From: Candidatus Magasanikbacteria bacterium RIFOXYD1_FULL_40_23
GTDB taxonomy: Bacteria > Patescibacteriota > Patescibacteriia > Magasanikbacterales > GWA2-37-8
Reading direction: 5' to 3'
NCBI GenBank assembly: GCA_001783215.1
Contig: MFRA01000001.1
Location: 157,449 to 221,448 of the forward strand
DNA length: 64,000 nt
A program made the translations under genes and the position numbers. This document shows positions 19,603 to 28,360 of this stretch, in pieces. The notes under the pieces were generated by a model, which worked only from the letters and a program-made list of their open reading frames with translations, was not told the DNA's origin and made no database searches. The number at the start of each line of letters is the position of its first letter. Position 1 is the stretch's first letter.

Positions 19603-19815
19603 TTAAAATTTATAAAACGGAATACAGACTTTGCCACTCTTCTTAACTTTGGTTTTGCAGTATCCACCCTCTTCGGCTTGATTATTTATCAGACAACCTC
19701 TAAAAGAGTTTAGAACAGCACACTTTTTGGATAAATGGGAGTTTACAAAATAAAAAATTATCGCTACAGAAAAAATTAGCGCGAGCAATAAATGATATTT
19801 AAGCTCTTTGGACAC
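19603..19815 (-). CDS. small hypothetical membrane protein
   Basis: 70-aa ORF with one TM helix. Confidence 0.3.
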   Translation of the reverse strand: MSKELKYHLLLALIFSVAIIFYFVNSHLSKKCAVLNSFRGCLINNQAEEGGYCKTKVKKSGKVCIPFYKF

Positions 19816-19826
19816 AAAAAAGTCGA

Positions 19827-20186
19827 TTAAAGCTCCACTTGGTATTCTTTATTCTTTCGGGAGATTTTTTTATCTTTTTCACTTATGCGCTGCTTGAGCT
19901 TGTATTTTTTTAATTCACCCTGCAAATAATCCTTTACTTGATCTATAGCAAAATAGAGGTTTTCTGCCTGTTTGGCGGAAAAAAGGCTCTTTCCAGGCAC
20001 GTCTAGCTTAAATTCGGCTATGAACATGTCGCCTTTGCGGTGGTGACGATTGTTTATGCCTACTACTATTTCGGCCATGGTAATACGATTGTTATAAAAT
20101 TTATTTAAAGATTCTACTTTTTGACTAGCATAGTCTTTTATAGCTGGTGTTAATTCTATACCCTTGCCGGTTATTTGGATTATCAT
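19827..20186 (-). CDS. hpf: ribosome hibernation promoting factor (RaiA/HPF family)
   Basis: MIIQITGKGIELTPAIKDYASQKVESLNKFY... is a typical HPF N-terminus. Confidence 0.8.
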   Translation of the reverse strand: MIIQITGKGIELTPAIKDYASQKVESLNKFYNNRITMAEIVVGINNRHHRKGDMFIAEFKLDVPGKSLFSAKQAENLYFAIDQVKDYLQGELKKYKLKQRISEKDKKISRKNKEYQVEL

Positions 20187-20223
20187 ATGTATTACAAAAT
20201 TAAACTAATAAACCGCACTGTTT

Positions 20224-20295
20224 TGTCATCCTGAACGGAGTGAAGGATCCCTTTCGTTCGGACAAGAGGGATTCTTCGCTTTACTCAGAATGACA
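20224..20295. repeat. 72-bp imperfect palindrome (29-nt arms) between murB stop and hpf start
   Basis: One arm is tgtcatcctgaacggagtgaaggatccct and the other is agggattcttcgctttactcagaatgaca. The arms pair with T.G wobbles and a 6-nt internal bubble. Confidence 0.5.
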
Positions 20296-20309
20296 GGTGA
20301 GTGAAAAAT

Positions 20310-21257
20310 CTACTTAACAATTTGAACTTCGGGCTCCAACTCTACCTTGTATTTATCATACACTTTTTGTTTGATTTCTTCAACCAAAGATAGCACATCC
20401 GCTTGGGTGGCATTATCAAAATTTATCAAATAGTTTCCGTGCTCATCAGATATTTTGGCACCGCCGACTGCCAAACCGCGCAAACCCATCTGTTCGGTAA
20501 TCCAGCCGATTGGCACCGTACCGCGTTGCAAAAATAATTCTGGCAATTCTTTTGTATCACCAACCCATTGCGCGAGTTTGAGATTTTTGAAAAAACTACC
20601 GGCAGATGGATACGGCGTATGTTTGCGTTGGGCCAAATATTTCTGCATTCTTTCCATGATTTCCTGTTTGTTTCCTGGTTCCAAATATATACCCCCTCGC
20701 AAAACTATGCTTTTATCATGTTTAAAATCACTATTGCGATAACTAAAACCGCATTCTTCTGGCTTGAGCCTAACTACTTCGCCATTGCGCCATATTTCTA
20801 CCCAAGTGAGGACTTTGGATATTTCTTTGCCCATAGCACCAGCATTGCCACGTACAGCCCCGCCAAAGGTACCTGGAATGCCTATTGCCCAATCCATACC
20901 CGCTAAACTGTTCTTGGATGCCAAATTTACCACAGCGCTTAACATTACCCCTGCTTCTACCTCTATATCAAACCCGGCGCCTTTTGGAGTGACTTTTGGG
21001 GGCTGGTTGGTAGCAATTTTTATTACTATACCGTCAAAGCCCTGATCGTTCATGAGCAGATTAGATCCGCCAGCCAATATAAAATAATCTACGCCTTCGC
21101 CGCTTAAATAATTTAATAAACCGATTAGCTTTTCTGTATCATTTACAGTCACAAAAAGACCCGCTGGACCCCCTATTTTGAAGGTAACGTGTTTGGCAAG
21201 AGATTCGTTGATTTTGGCGTCTCCAAATTCTTTTAATTTTTCGTAAAGTTCATGCAT
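20310..21257 (-). CDS. murB: UDP-N-acetylenolpyruvoylglucosamine reductase
   Basis: FAD-binding domain FKIGGPAGLFVTV...GGSNLL. Start set at MHELYEKL (21257). The track extended it to 21431 with an implausible leader. Confidence 0.8.
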   Translation of the reverse strand: MHELYEKLKEFGDAKINESLAKHVTFKIGGPAGLFVTVNDTEKLIGLLNYLSGEGVDYFILAGGSNLLMNDQGFDGIVIKIATNQPPKVTPKGAGFDIEVEAGVMLSAVVNLASKNSLAGMDWAIGIPGTFGGAVRGNAGAMGKEISKVLTWVEIWRNGEVVRLKPEECGFSYRNSDFKHDKSIVLRGGIYLEPGNKQEIMERMQKYLAQRKHTPYPSAGSFFKNLKLAQWVGDTKELPELFLQRGTVPIGWITEQMGLRGLAVGGAKISDEHGNYLINFDNATQADVLSLVEEIKQKVYDKYKVELEPEVQIVK

Positions 21258-21306
21258 ATATCTAACTTGCTTTATAGTACTTTTTAGGCTATAATACAGG
21301 AAATTT

Positions 21307-22611
21307 ATGGTAAATTCAACTGTGGTAAATAAGGCCATTTCTAAGCGGCTAATTAAGCACCGCTTATTTTTTGGTCGAATGAGAGAAAAGAAAATAAATT
21401 TTCTTTTCCGAATGAGGGTAAAAAATACCAAAGTATTTTATGTTTGTCGAGATATAGAAAGAGCTGTTGGGGCTGGATTGGATTTAAATAATTACTTTAT
21501 TATTACCAACAAAAGCGACCTATCCCAAAAGCTAGCTAAACAGACTTCTAATATTATTATAATTAACAACAAAAATCAACTAAATACGGCCGAACTACTA
21601 AACCATACCGAAACAAAAAAACAGATAAAACCAAAAGATTATGTTTTGGTTTTTAAAAACAACTCTATTGTAGAAAAAATCTGCAAAGAAAATAAATGGG
21701 TACTGCTAAACCCAAAAGCAGAGCTGGGAGAACAAATAGAAAGCAAAGTATCGCAAGTTGCTTGGCTAGGAAAATTGGCAAAATATTTACCGCCGCACAA
21801 AGTAGACATCTGCCAAAATATAAAATGGAACAATGCGCCTTTTGTTCTGCAATTTAATCATTCCCATACCGGTAGCGGTATATTTTTTATAAAATCCAAA
21901 AAAGAATTAGAAAAATTACAAAATAAATTTGCTCGCCGACCGGTACGCACAATGGAATACATAAATGGTCCGGTTTTTACAAACAACAACGTGGTTTGGG
22001 GGAACAAAACTTCTATGGGCAATATTAGCTACCAAATTACCGGCCTATCCCCTTTTACCGAAAATAAATTTACTACTATTGGCAACGACTGGGCATTACC
22101 AAACAAAATTTTGGATAAAAAACAGATTAAACAGTACAAAAAAATAGTAACTGACATTGGCAAAAAATTAAATAACGATGGTTGGAAAGGATTGTTTGGA
22201 GTAGACATAATTGTAAACGAAAAAACCGGGCAGCTTTATTTACTAGAAATCAATGCTCGCCAACCGGCTTCTACTACCTTTGAATCGCAATTGCAGATTT
22301 TACAAGACGAAACAGAAGAATCCAAGACAACCACTTTTGAGGCGCATTTGGCCGCCGTTCTGGGGATTAAACCGACTAATACTGAATTAATCACTATAAA
22401 TAATGGGGCGCAGATAGTGCAAAGAGTTACAAGTAAAATTACTAAACTAAACAAATTAACAATCAAAAATCCCGCTATAATAAATATACTAAACTACAAC
22501 AATACTGCCTTGGGGGCCGATTTAGCTCGCATCCAATGCACCCAGTCTATTATGGAAAAACATAATACTCTTAACGCTTTAGGAAAAACAATTTCTATAT
22601 CTATATGTTAA
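21307..22611 (+). CDS. ATP-grasp domain protein (D-Ala-D-Ala-ligase-like C-terminal motif)
   Basis: GVDIIVNEKTGQLYLLEINARQPAS resembles the ATP-grasp / Ddl block RxDFF..dG..YLLEINTxPG. The start is uncertain; internal ATGs exist. Confidence 0.5.
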   Translation: MVNSTVVNKAISKRLIKHRLFFGRMREKKINFLFRMRVKNTKVFYVCRDIERAVGAGLDLNNYFIITNKSDLSQKLAKQTSNIIIINNKNQLNTAELLNHTETKKQIKPKDYVLVFKNNSIVEKICKENKWVLLNPKAELGEQIESKVSQVAWLGKLAKYLPPHKVDICQNIKWNNAPFVLQFNHSHTGSGIFFIKSKKELEKLQNKFARRPVRTMEYINGPVFTNNNVVWGNKTSMGNISYQITGLSPFTENKFTTIGNDWALPNKILDKKQIKQYKKIVTDIGKKLNNDGWKGLFGVDIIVNEKTGQLYLLEINARQPASTTFESQLQILQDETEESKTTTFEAHLAAVLGIKPTNTELITINNGAQIVQRVTSKITKLNKLTIKNPAIINILNYNNTALGADLARIQCTQSIMEKHNTLNALGKTISISIC

Positions 22612-23375
22612 ACCAAACAAGATTATCTACCCAGGCTGAAAAAGTAATTGAAGGTTACTTAAATTTGCCTTTCTCACAAATAACTGGCGTGCGTTGCCCT
22701 TATTTTAATAATGCCAGATTAGGACAGCGTGGCCAACTAAAAGTACTAATTGGCAAAGGCACACCCCAAGAAATATTGGAAGAAGCCAAAATAATAGCTA
22801 TCCAATATAAACAAGATATTTTTTCTGTAAACGACCCAGAACAAATTCGTAAATTTTTAATAGAACATAACTTGGGCATAGATTGTTCCGGATTTATTAC
22901 CAATGTTTTAAAAGCGCAATTTGCCGCCAAAGGAAAGAACCTAACCAAACAAATTTTCATTACACCAAAAAGAAATATTTTGCGCTGGATGATTAGCCAA
23001 CTACGACCGGTGGAACAAATGAATGTAAAGGTTTTTGCAAACGATAAAAACACAAAAACAATAACAGATTTAAAAGAAGTAGAGGCTGGCGACTTGATAG
23101 CTATGATTGATACTGGTCCAAACAAAAACCACGACCATATTTTGCTTGTTACCGAAACAGATGGAAATGTAATCAAATATGCGCACGCTCGCGCTTGGTC
23201 TAGCGAAGGCAGATACAAACACGGCGTATCTACCGGAACAATTACAATAAATAATCCAGACAAAGGTTTACTTGATCAAACTTGGGAAGAAAAAGACATG
23301 TTTAATCATGATAATGAAACATTCTGGGAAGCCAAAGACGCTACTATTTTACAAATTAGAAGATTGAAGTTTTAA
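22605..23375 (+). CDS. putative NlpC/P60-like cysteine peptidase domain protein
   Basis: GIDCSGFITNVL resembles the NlpC/P60 catalytic Cys block, with a downstream His (DHILLVTE). Overlaps the ATP-grasp gene by 7 nt. Confidence 0.35.
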   Translation: MLNQTRLSTQAEKVIEGYLNLPFSQITGVRCPYFNNARLGQRGQLKVLIGKGTPQEILEEAKIIAIQYKQDIFSVNDPEQIRKFLIEHNLGIDCSGFITNVLKAQFAAKGKNLTKQIFITPKRNILRWMISQLRPVEQMNVKVFANDKNTKTITDLKEVEAGDLIAMIDTGPNKNHDHILLVTETDGNVIKYAHARAWSSEGRYKHGVSTGTITINNPDKGLLDQTWEEKDMFNHDNETFWEAKDATILQIRRLKF

Positions 23376-23404
23376 TCTACACGGTCTAAAACCATATACA
23401 CTGT

Positions 23405-24520
23405 ATGAGTATCCAAATTATCCAAACTGCACTCGCCTATTTACTCTTCTCCGCCATTGGCGCTTTTGTTTGGGCTCCCCTGCTTACCAAATTTTTGTAT
23501 AAATACAAAATTACCAGACGCGACGAATTTGACTTCACTCTAAGAGGAGAAAGAAATCAAAAAGTTGGCACACCCATTATGGGCGGATTGTTGGTGGTAG
23601 TAACAGTCACAATAATTACAGTGCTTTTTAACTGGAATCGCGAAAATACCTATGTGCCTATGGGTGTAATGGGAATAGCGGCGCTACTTGGCGGAGCAGA
23701 TGACTTGTTGAATATCTTTGGTAAAAAAAGACGTGAACGAAAAATTGCTCATATTGCCAACCTAATTATCGTGCACAAAGTTTGGTATATGAAATTATGG
23801 TACATCTTTATTTTGCCTTGGGAATTATTTAGAAAAACTGTTTCTATTTTTGGTTCTCACCCAGGCCGCGGAATACAGGTGCACGAAAAGTTAATTTTTC
23901 AATTCTTGGCCGGAGCCATTACTGCTTGGTGGATATATTTCAAATTAGGCATACAGTGGCACAGTTTGTGGATACCGTTTGATGGTAGCCCATACGTTGG
24001 CTGGTGGATTATCCCAATTGTTATATTTTTCGTAATGTTTACTGCCAACGCTGTAAACTTTGCCGACGGTTTAGACGGACTGGTTGGCGGCTCGCTTATC
24101 CTTACCTTCTTGGGGCTAATGATAATCAGCTGGACCGAAGGACGCATATCTTTTACCTACTTAAATGCCACGGTAGTGGGTGCACTGATTGCTTATACAT
24201 ATTTCAATGTTAAACCGGCCAGGTTCCAAATGGGAGATGTCGGGTCGCTTGGGCTGGGGGCGCTTCTAGCCATAAACGCCATAGCTATAAACCGCACCCT
24301 GCTCATACCTTTCTTAGGCTTTGTATTCTATGTAGAAATTGTTTCGGTAATAATCCAAGTTTTCTTCCGCAGATTACTCGGACGCAGATTTTTCAAAATG
24401 GCACCACTACACCACCACTTCGAAATGCAGGGTTGGAGCGAAGAAAAAATTGTTATGCGATTTTGGTTAATTCACGGATTCTTTGTAATTTTGGCAGTTT
24501 GGATGAGTCTATACAAGTAA
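23405..24520 (+). CDS. mraY: phospho-N-acetylmuramoyl-pentapeptide transferase
   Basis: ANAVNFADGLDGLVGG and HHHFEMQGWSE, with multiple TM helices. Confidence 0.85.
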   Translation: MSIQIIQTALAYLLFSAIGAFVWAPLLTKFLYKYKITRRDEFDFTLRGERNQKVGTPIMGGLLVVVTVTIITVLFNWNRENTYVPMGVMGIAALLGGADDLLNIFGKKRRERKIAHIANLIIVHKVWYMKLWYIFILPWELFRKTVSIFGSHPGRGIQVHEKLIFQFLAGAITAWWIYFKLGIQWHSLWIPFDGSPYVGWWIIPIVIFFVMFTANAVNFADGLDGLVGGSLILTFLGLMIISWTEGRISFTYLNATVVGALIAYTYFNVKPARFQMGDVGSLGLGALLAINAIAINRTLLIPFLGFVFYVEIVSVIIQVFFRRLLGRRFFKMAPLHHHFEMQGWSEEKIVMRFWLIHGFFVILAVWMSLYK

Positions 24521-24530
24521 TTAAAACAAT

Positions 24531-25181
24531 ATGTACTTAGCCTGGAACGAAAAAACTATAGCCGATTTTTCTAATAAAAGTATAGAGTCCGCATACAATG
24601 ACGGTTATGTTTTTACGCGCGTGGGCCGAGGCAACATGAACCAAACTAGAATTCTACGTATAGATTTAAGCAAATTTAAACTATCTTCGGAAAACAAACG
24701 TATATTAAAAAAAACAGAAGATCTAAATTTGTTTGTCTCACCTATCCCCTATGGCCACTACGATTGGGCTATACACAAAATGGGTAAAGATTTTTATGAA
24801 CAAAAATTCGGACCAAAAACTTTTAGCGCTCAAAAAATAAAAGAGCTAATCACCGACAAAACAAAAAGTAATTTTAATACACTATTTGTGTATTTTACCA
24901 AGGGGCAAAATGTTGGCTATTGTATCGTACTAGAAACACCGCAAATTCTGCACTATTGCTATCCGTTTTATAATCTAGGCCTTAACTACCCAAACCTTGG
25001 CATGGGCATGATGCTGCGAGCCATTGTCTGGGCACAAGAAAATAACAAAAAATATATTTATCTTGGCTCTGCCCAACGCCCAACCGACACCTACAAAATG
25101 CAGTTTTCTGGATTAGAGTGGTTTGATGGAAAAGAATGGAGTGAAGATTTAACAAAATTAAAAAATATATTACAAAAGTAA
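24531..25181 (+). CDS. hypothetical protein (possibly acyl/aminoacyl-transferase fold)
   Basis: 216-aa ORF sitting in the cell-wall cluster. No firm motif. Confidence 0.4.
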   Translation: MYLAWNEKTIADFSNKSIESAYNDGYVFTRVGRGNMNQTRILRIDLSKFKLSSENKRILKKTEDLNLFVSPIPYGHYDWAIHKMGKDFYEQKFGPKTFSAQKIKELITDKTKSNFNTLFVYFTKGQNVGYCIVLETPQILHYCYPFYNLGLNYPNLGMGMMLRAIVWAQENNKKYIYLGSAQRPTDTYKMQFSGLEWFDGKEWSEDLTKLKNILQK

Positions 25182-25182
25182 T

Positions 25183-25716
25183 ATGCCTGAAGAAGCAGAT
25201 ATTAATCTCTCTAAAATAGACGTATCTAGACGTCAACTAGATCACGCTCTTAAGTTATTCTTTTTTAACGGGGACCCTATAGTAATTCATGTTTTAACAA
25301 GCAATGCACATGAAGTTTTGCACTCATTGGGTAAAAAGACTGGAATTAAATCATTTATAAAGGACGATATTTATGAAATGGTAAAACCTGAAAAAAAGGA
25401 CCACTTTTTAAAAGTAATTAATGCCCCTAGGAATTTTTTTAAGCACTCTAATAACGACGGAGAAAAAACAATACTTTTTAGTGAAGATAAAAATCATCAT
25501 TTACTCTGGGATGCCTGCCAACTTTATATTAAATTAACAAAAGAAACGACAGACATAATACAGACATATATAAATTGGTTCTGGGCTGATAATCCAGAAT
25601 TACTTCTTAGAAAAGAAGATATAGAAAAATATAAAAATTTCCCTTATAATCCAAAAAATAGGCCAGAATTTTACCAACAGGTGATGGAGGTTCTGAGCCA
25701 GAAATATACATTATGA
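25183..25716 (+). CDS. hypothetical protein
   Basis: 177-aa ORF tightly packed against neighbours, 2 nt after the previous stop. Confidence 0.4.
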   Translation: MPEEADINLSKIDVSRRQLDHALKLFFFNGDPIVIHVLTSNAHEVLHSLGKKTGIKSFIKDDIYEMVKPEKKDHFLKVINAPRNFFKHSNNDGEKTILFSEDKNHHLLWDACQLYIKLTKETTDIIQTYINWFWADNPELLLRKEDIEKYKNFPYNPKNRPEFYQQVMEVLSQKYTL

Positions 25717-27128
25717 GAATTCACTTCATCGGCATTTGCGGCGTAGCCATGAGCGCGCTGGCAACTGCTTTTCACAATGATAGCTGGGACGTAACTGGCA
25801 GTGATGTAGGATTTTTCCCGCCTATTTCTGATTACCTAAAAAATAATAAAATAAAATTTTATCCGGGTTGGCATGTAGACAAAATGATGGCTGGCGGCAC
25901 ACCGAATATAATAGTGGTGGGCAATGTGGCCGGATCTACCAACCCGGAATTTGCTTTTGCGCAAGAAAATAATTTGCACTATTTGTCTTATCCGGAATTA
26001 ATTGCCGAATATATTGTCCAAAAAAATTCTATTGTTTGCGCCGGTACTTATGGCAAAACTTCTAGCACGGCTCTGCTTACCCAAATACTACAAAAAGCCA
26101 ACATGGATCCAAGTTATATGTTTGGCGGCTTAAGCATAAACCTAAAGCACAGTGCCAAATTAAAAACCGACAAAAATACCTGGAGCGTCCTAGAAGGAGA
26201 CGAATACAAAACTGCTCGTTGGGACAACAGGCCAAAATTTGCGCTGTATTCCCCTACTCATTTACTACTTACTTCCGCATCTTGGGATCATGCCGATATT
26301 TACCCGACAGAAGAATCATACTTCCAAGCCTTTAGAGATTTAATTACAGCCATTCCAGACGACGGCTTAATTGTTGCTTGTACAGATGCCAAACAAATAA
26401 AAGAACTGATAAACACCAAGGAAAATAAAACCCGAACTATAACTTATAGCAAAAACGAATCTGCAGATTACCGATATTACGACTTAAAACAAGCACAAGA
26501 CGGTATTAGTTTTAAAATAAGAAATAACGACAAAGAATACGCTGTGCAAGCGCCTGTACTGGGCGAACATATGGCCGAAAATATTTGCGGATCATTTGCT
26601 TTGGCCAAAGAAATTGGCGTAGATCCAAATATTATTTTAAGCGCCATAGCCGAATTTAAAGGTGTAAAAAGACGTTTGGAAAAAAGATATACAAACGATA
26701 TAACTATTTACGACGACTTGGCTCACTCTCCAACCAAAGCCACAGCTACACTCTCTACACTACGAACTATTTATCCAAATAGCAAAATAGTGGCAGTTTT
26801 TGAACCAAATACCGGTAACCGCAAATCACAATCTGCTCCGGGATATGCAAATGCCTTTAAAAACGCAGACGAAGTAATAATTCCTACACTTACCAAAGTA
26901 AAAGTAAATAAAGACGACATAGACCCTCCTTTTGACGCAGATGCTTTGCAAAATATAATTTCTCAAACTCACCCAAACGCTTTGTTTATCCCAGAAGACA
27001 AAGATTTAATTGAGCACATTAAAAAAACTACCAGCAAAGGAGACGTGGTAGTTTTTTTGGGGTCGCATGGATTTAGAGGTATGATAGACAGCCTGATTAC
27101 TTCCCTTCATCCACCACTTCCGCGCTAA
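25713..27128 (+). CDS. Mur ligase family protein (MurC / Mpl-like)
   Basis: N-terminal MRIHFIGICGVAMSALA and GSDxxxxPPxS are MurC/Mpl-like. ATP site VCAGTYGKTSSTALL. Confidence 0.7.
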   Translation: MRIHFIGICGVAMSALATAFHNDSWDVTGSDVGFFPPISDYLKNNKIKFYPGWHVDKMMAGGTPNIIVVGNVAGSTNPEFAFAQENNLHYLSYPELIAEYIVQKNSIVCAGTYGKTSSTALLTQILQKANMDPSYMFGGLSINLKHSAKLKTDKNTWSVLEGDEYKTARWDNRPKFALYSPTHLLLTSASWDHADIYPTEESYFQAFRDLITAIPDDGLIVACTDAKQIKELINTKENKTRTITYSKNESADYRYYDLKQAQDGISFKIRNNDKEYAVQAPVLGEHMAENICGSFALAKEIGVDPNIILSAIAEFKGVKRRLEKRYTNDITIYDDLAHSPTKATATLSTLRTIYPNSKIVAVFEPNTGNRKSQSAPGYANAFKNADEVIIPTLTKVKVNKDDIDPPFDADALQNIISQTHPNALFIPEDKDLIEHIKKTTSKGDVVVFLGSHGFRGMIDSLITSLHPPLPR

Positions 27129-27261
27129 CAGTTTCGCCTTTAATGTCATTAACAAGTAAAGTAATTCCGCAAACATCGCATTCAATAACATTGCCTACAG
27201 CCAAATTTACATAAGCAGAAAGATTTACTTCGTTTTGACATTCTGGACAATTTAAATGCAT
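27097..27261 (-). CDS. LysW-like zinc-ribbon small protein (54 aa, not in ORF track)
   Basis: Read by hand as MHLNCPECQNEVNLSAYVNLAVGNVIECDVCGITLLVNDIKGETVSAEVVDEGK*. The CPEC..x20..CxxCG spacing and length match the LysW/ArgW carrier proteins. Convergently overlaps the Mur ligase 3' end by 32 nt. Confidence 0.35.
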   Translation of the reverse strand: MHLNCPECQNEVNLSAYVNLAVGNVIECDVCGITLLVNDIKGETVSAEVVDEGK

Positions 27262-27331
27262 ATATATAAAATTTAAAATTATTCAAACAGTAAATAGATT
27301 ATATAGCAAACTTTATTTTACTGCAACTACT

Positions 27332-28243
27332 ATGCAAACCCCACAGACACAAGCCAAAAATCTAGCAACTGCACTGGGCTTAAATGTAGACCTTTATTTG
27401 AAGCGTGAAGATCTGCACCCATACGGTTCACACAAAGGGCGCTCTATACCAATAATGATAGAAAAACACCAAAAAGAAGGTTGGGAAAGTTTTTGTCTTT
27501 CTTCTTCTGGCAACGCCGCTCTGGCAGCTATCTACACCATAAAAGAACTAAACAACCACCGCCACAGCGGGGCCCCGCTTCATAGCGGTGGAAAAACACC
27601 TACATTGCCAATTAAACTATATATATTTGTTGGTAAACATATTGACCAACACAAACTAGAACGTTTGCGCCAAACTACAGGCAACGATGTAAATATCAAA
27701 ATAGAAATGGTAGATGCTCCAAAGCGCGCAGCTTTTCAAATGGACAAAGATTTTAAAGCAAAAAATTTACGCCAATCAAACGACGATACAGCCTTGCTTG
27801 GTTACGAAACATTGGCAGACGAACTAGGAGAAATAAAAAATCTCTCTGCCATATTTATTCCAACTTCTAGCGGCACTACAGCCCAAGCGCTTTACCAAGA
27901 ATTTCTTACCCTAGATTCAATTCCTCAAATTCATATTGTGCAAACTCCCGCTTGTCATCCAATTGTAAAAAACACCGAACCAACTGGACCTTCTACAGCC
28001 ACTGCCATCGTAGACAAAACTGCTTTCCGCAAAAAAGCTGTGCGCGAAGCAATACAAAAAACAAAAGGAGCTGGTTGGATAGCCACCGACCAGGATATCG
28101 CCGAAATAAAAAAATTAGTAAAAGAAACCGAAGGTATAGACATTTCTTCCAACAGCGCTTTGTCTGTAGCGGGTCTAAAGCTTGCCCTACAAAAAAACTG
28201 GCAATTTAATGGGCCAGTCGCTTGCCTAATTACCGGCGAATAA
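27332..28243 (+). CDS. PLP-dependent enzyme, fold type II (Trp-synthase-beta/Thr-synthase superfamily)
   Basis: LHPYGSHKGRS resembles the PLP-lysine block xPTGSFKDRG. Confidence 0.5.
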   Translation: MQTPQTQAKNLATALGLNVDLYLKREDLHPYGSHKGRSIPIMIEKHQKEGWESFCLSSSGNAALAAIYTIKELNNHRHSGAPLHSGGKTPTLPIKLYIFVGKHIDQHKLERLRQTTGNDVNIKIEMVDAPKRAAFQMDKDFKAKNLRQSNDDTALLGYETLADELGEIKNLSAIFIPTSSGTTAQALYQEFLTLDSIPQIHIVQTPACHPIVKNTEPTGPSTATAIVDKTAFRKKAVREAIQKTKGAGWIATDQDIAEIKKLVKETEGIDISSNSALSVAGLKLALQKNWQFNGPVACLITGE

Positions 28244-28261
28244 AGACTTAACTCTCCCACC

Positions 28262-28360
28262 TAAAATAAAAATACAATAATTTTAGCAGCGACCATCGCA
28301 CCCTCGAGAGGGCGACCAGAGGGAGTTTGGGCGCAAAAAAATTATTGTATTTTTATTTTT
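28262..28360. terminator. long palindrome (22-nt AT-rich arms around a GC-rich 50-nt loop) acting as bidirectional terminator
   Basis: taaaataaaaatacaataatttt ... aaaattattgtatttttatttttt. The loop contains ccctcgagaggg. Lies between convergent genes. Confidence 0.55.

Noticed and set aside
27006-27191. 61-aa minus-strand ORF at the Mur ligase 3' end
   Set aside because: Low-complexity translation. The same DNA in another frame gives the far more convincing LysW-like zinc-ribbon ORF.
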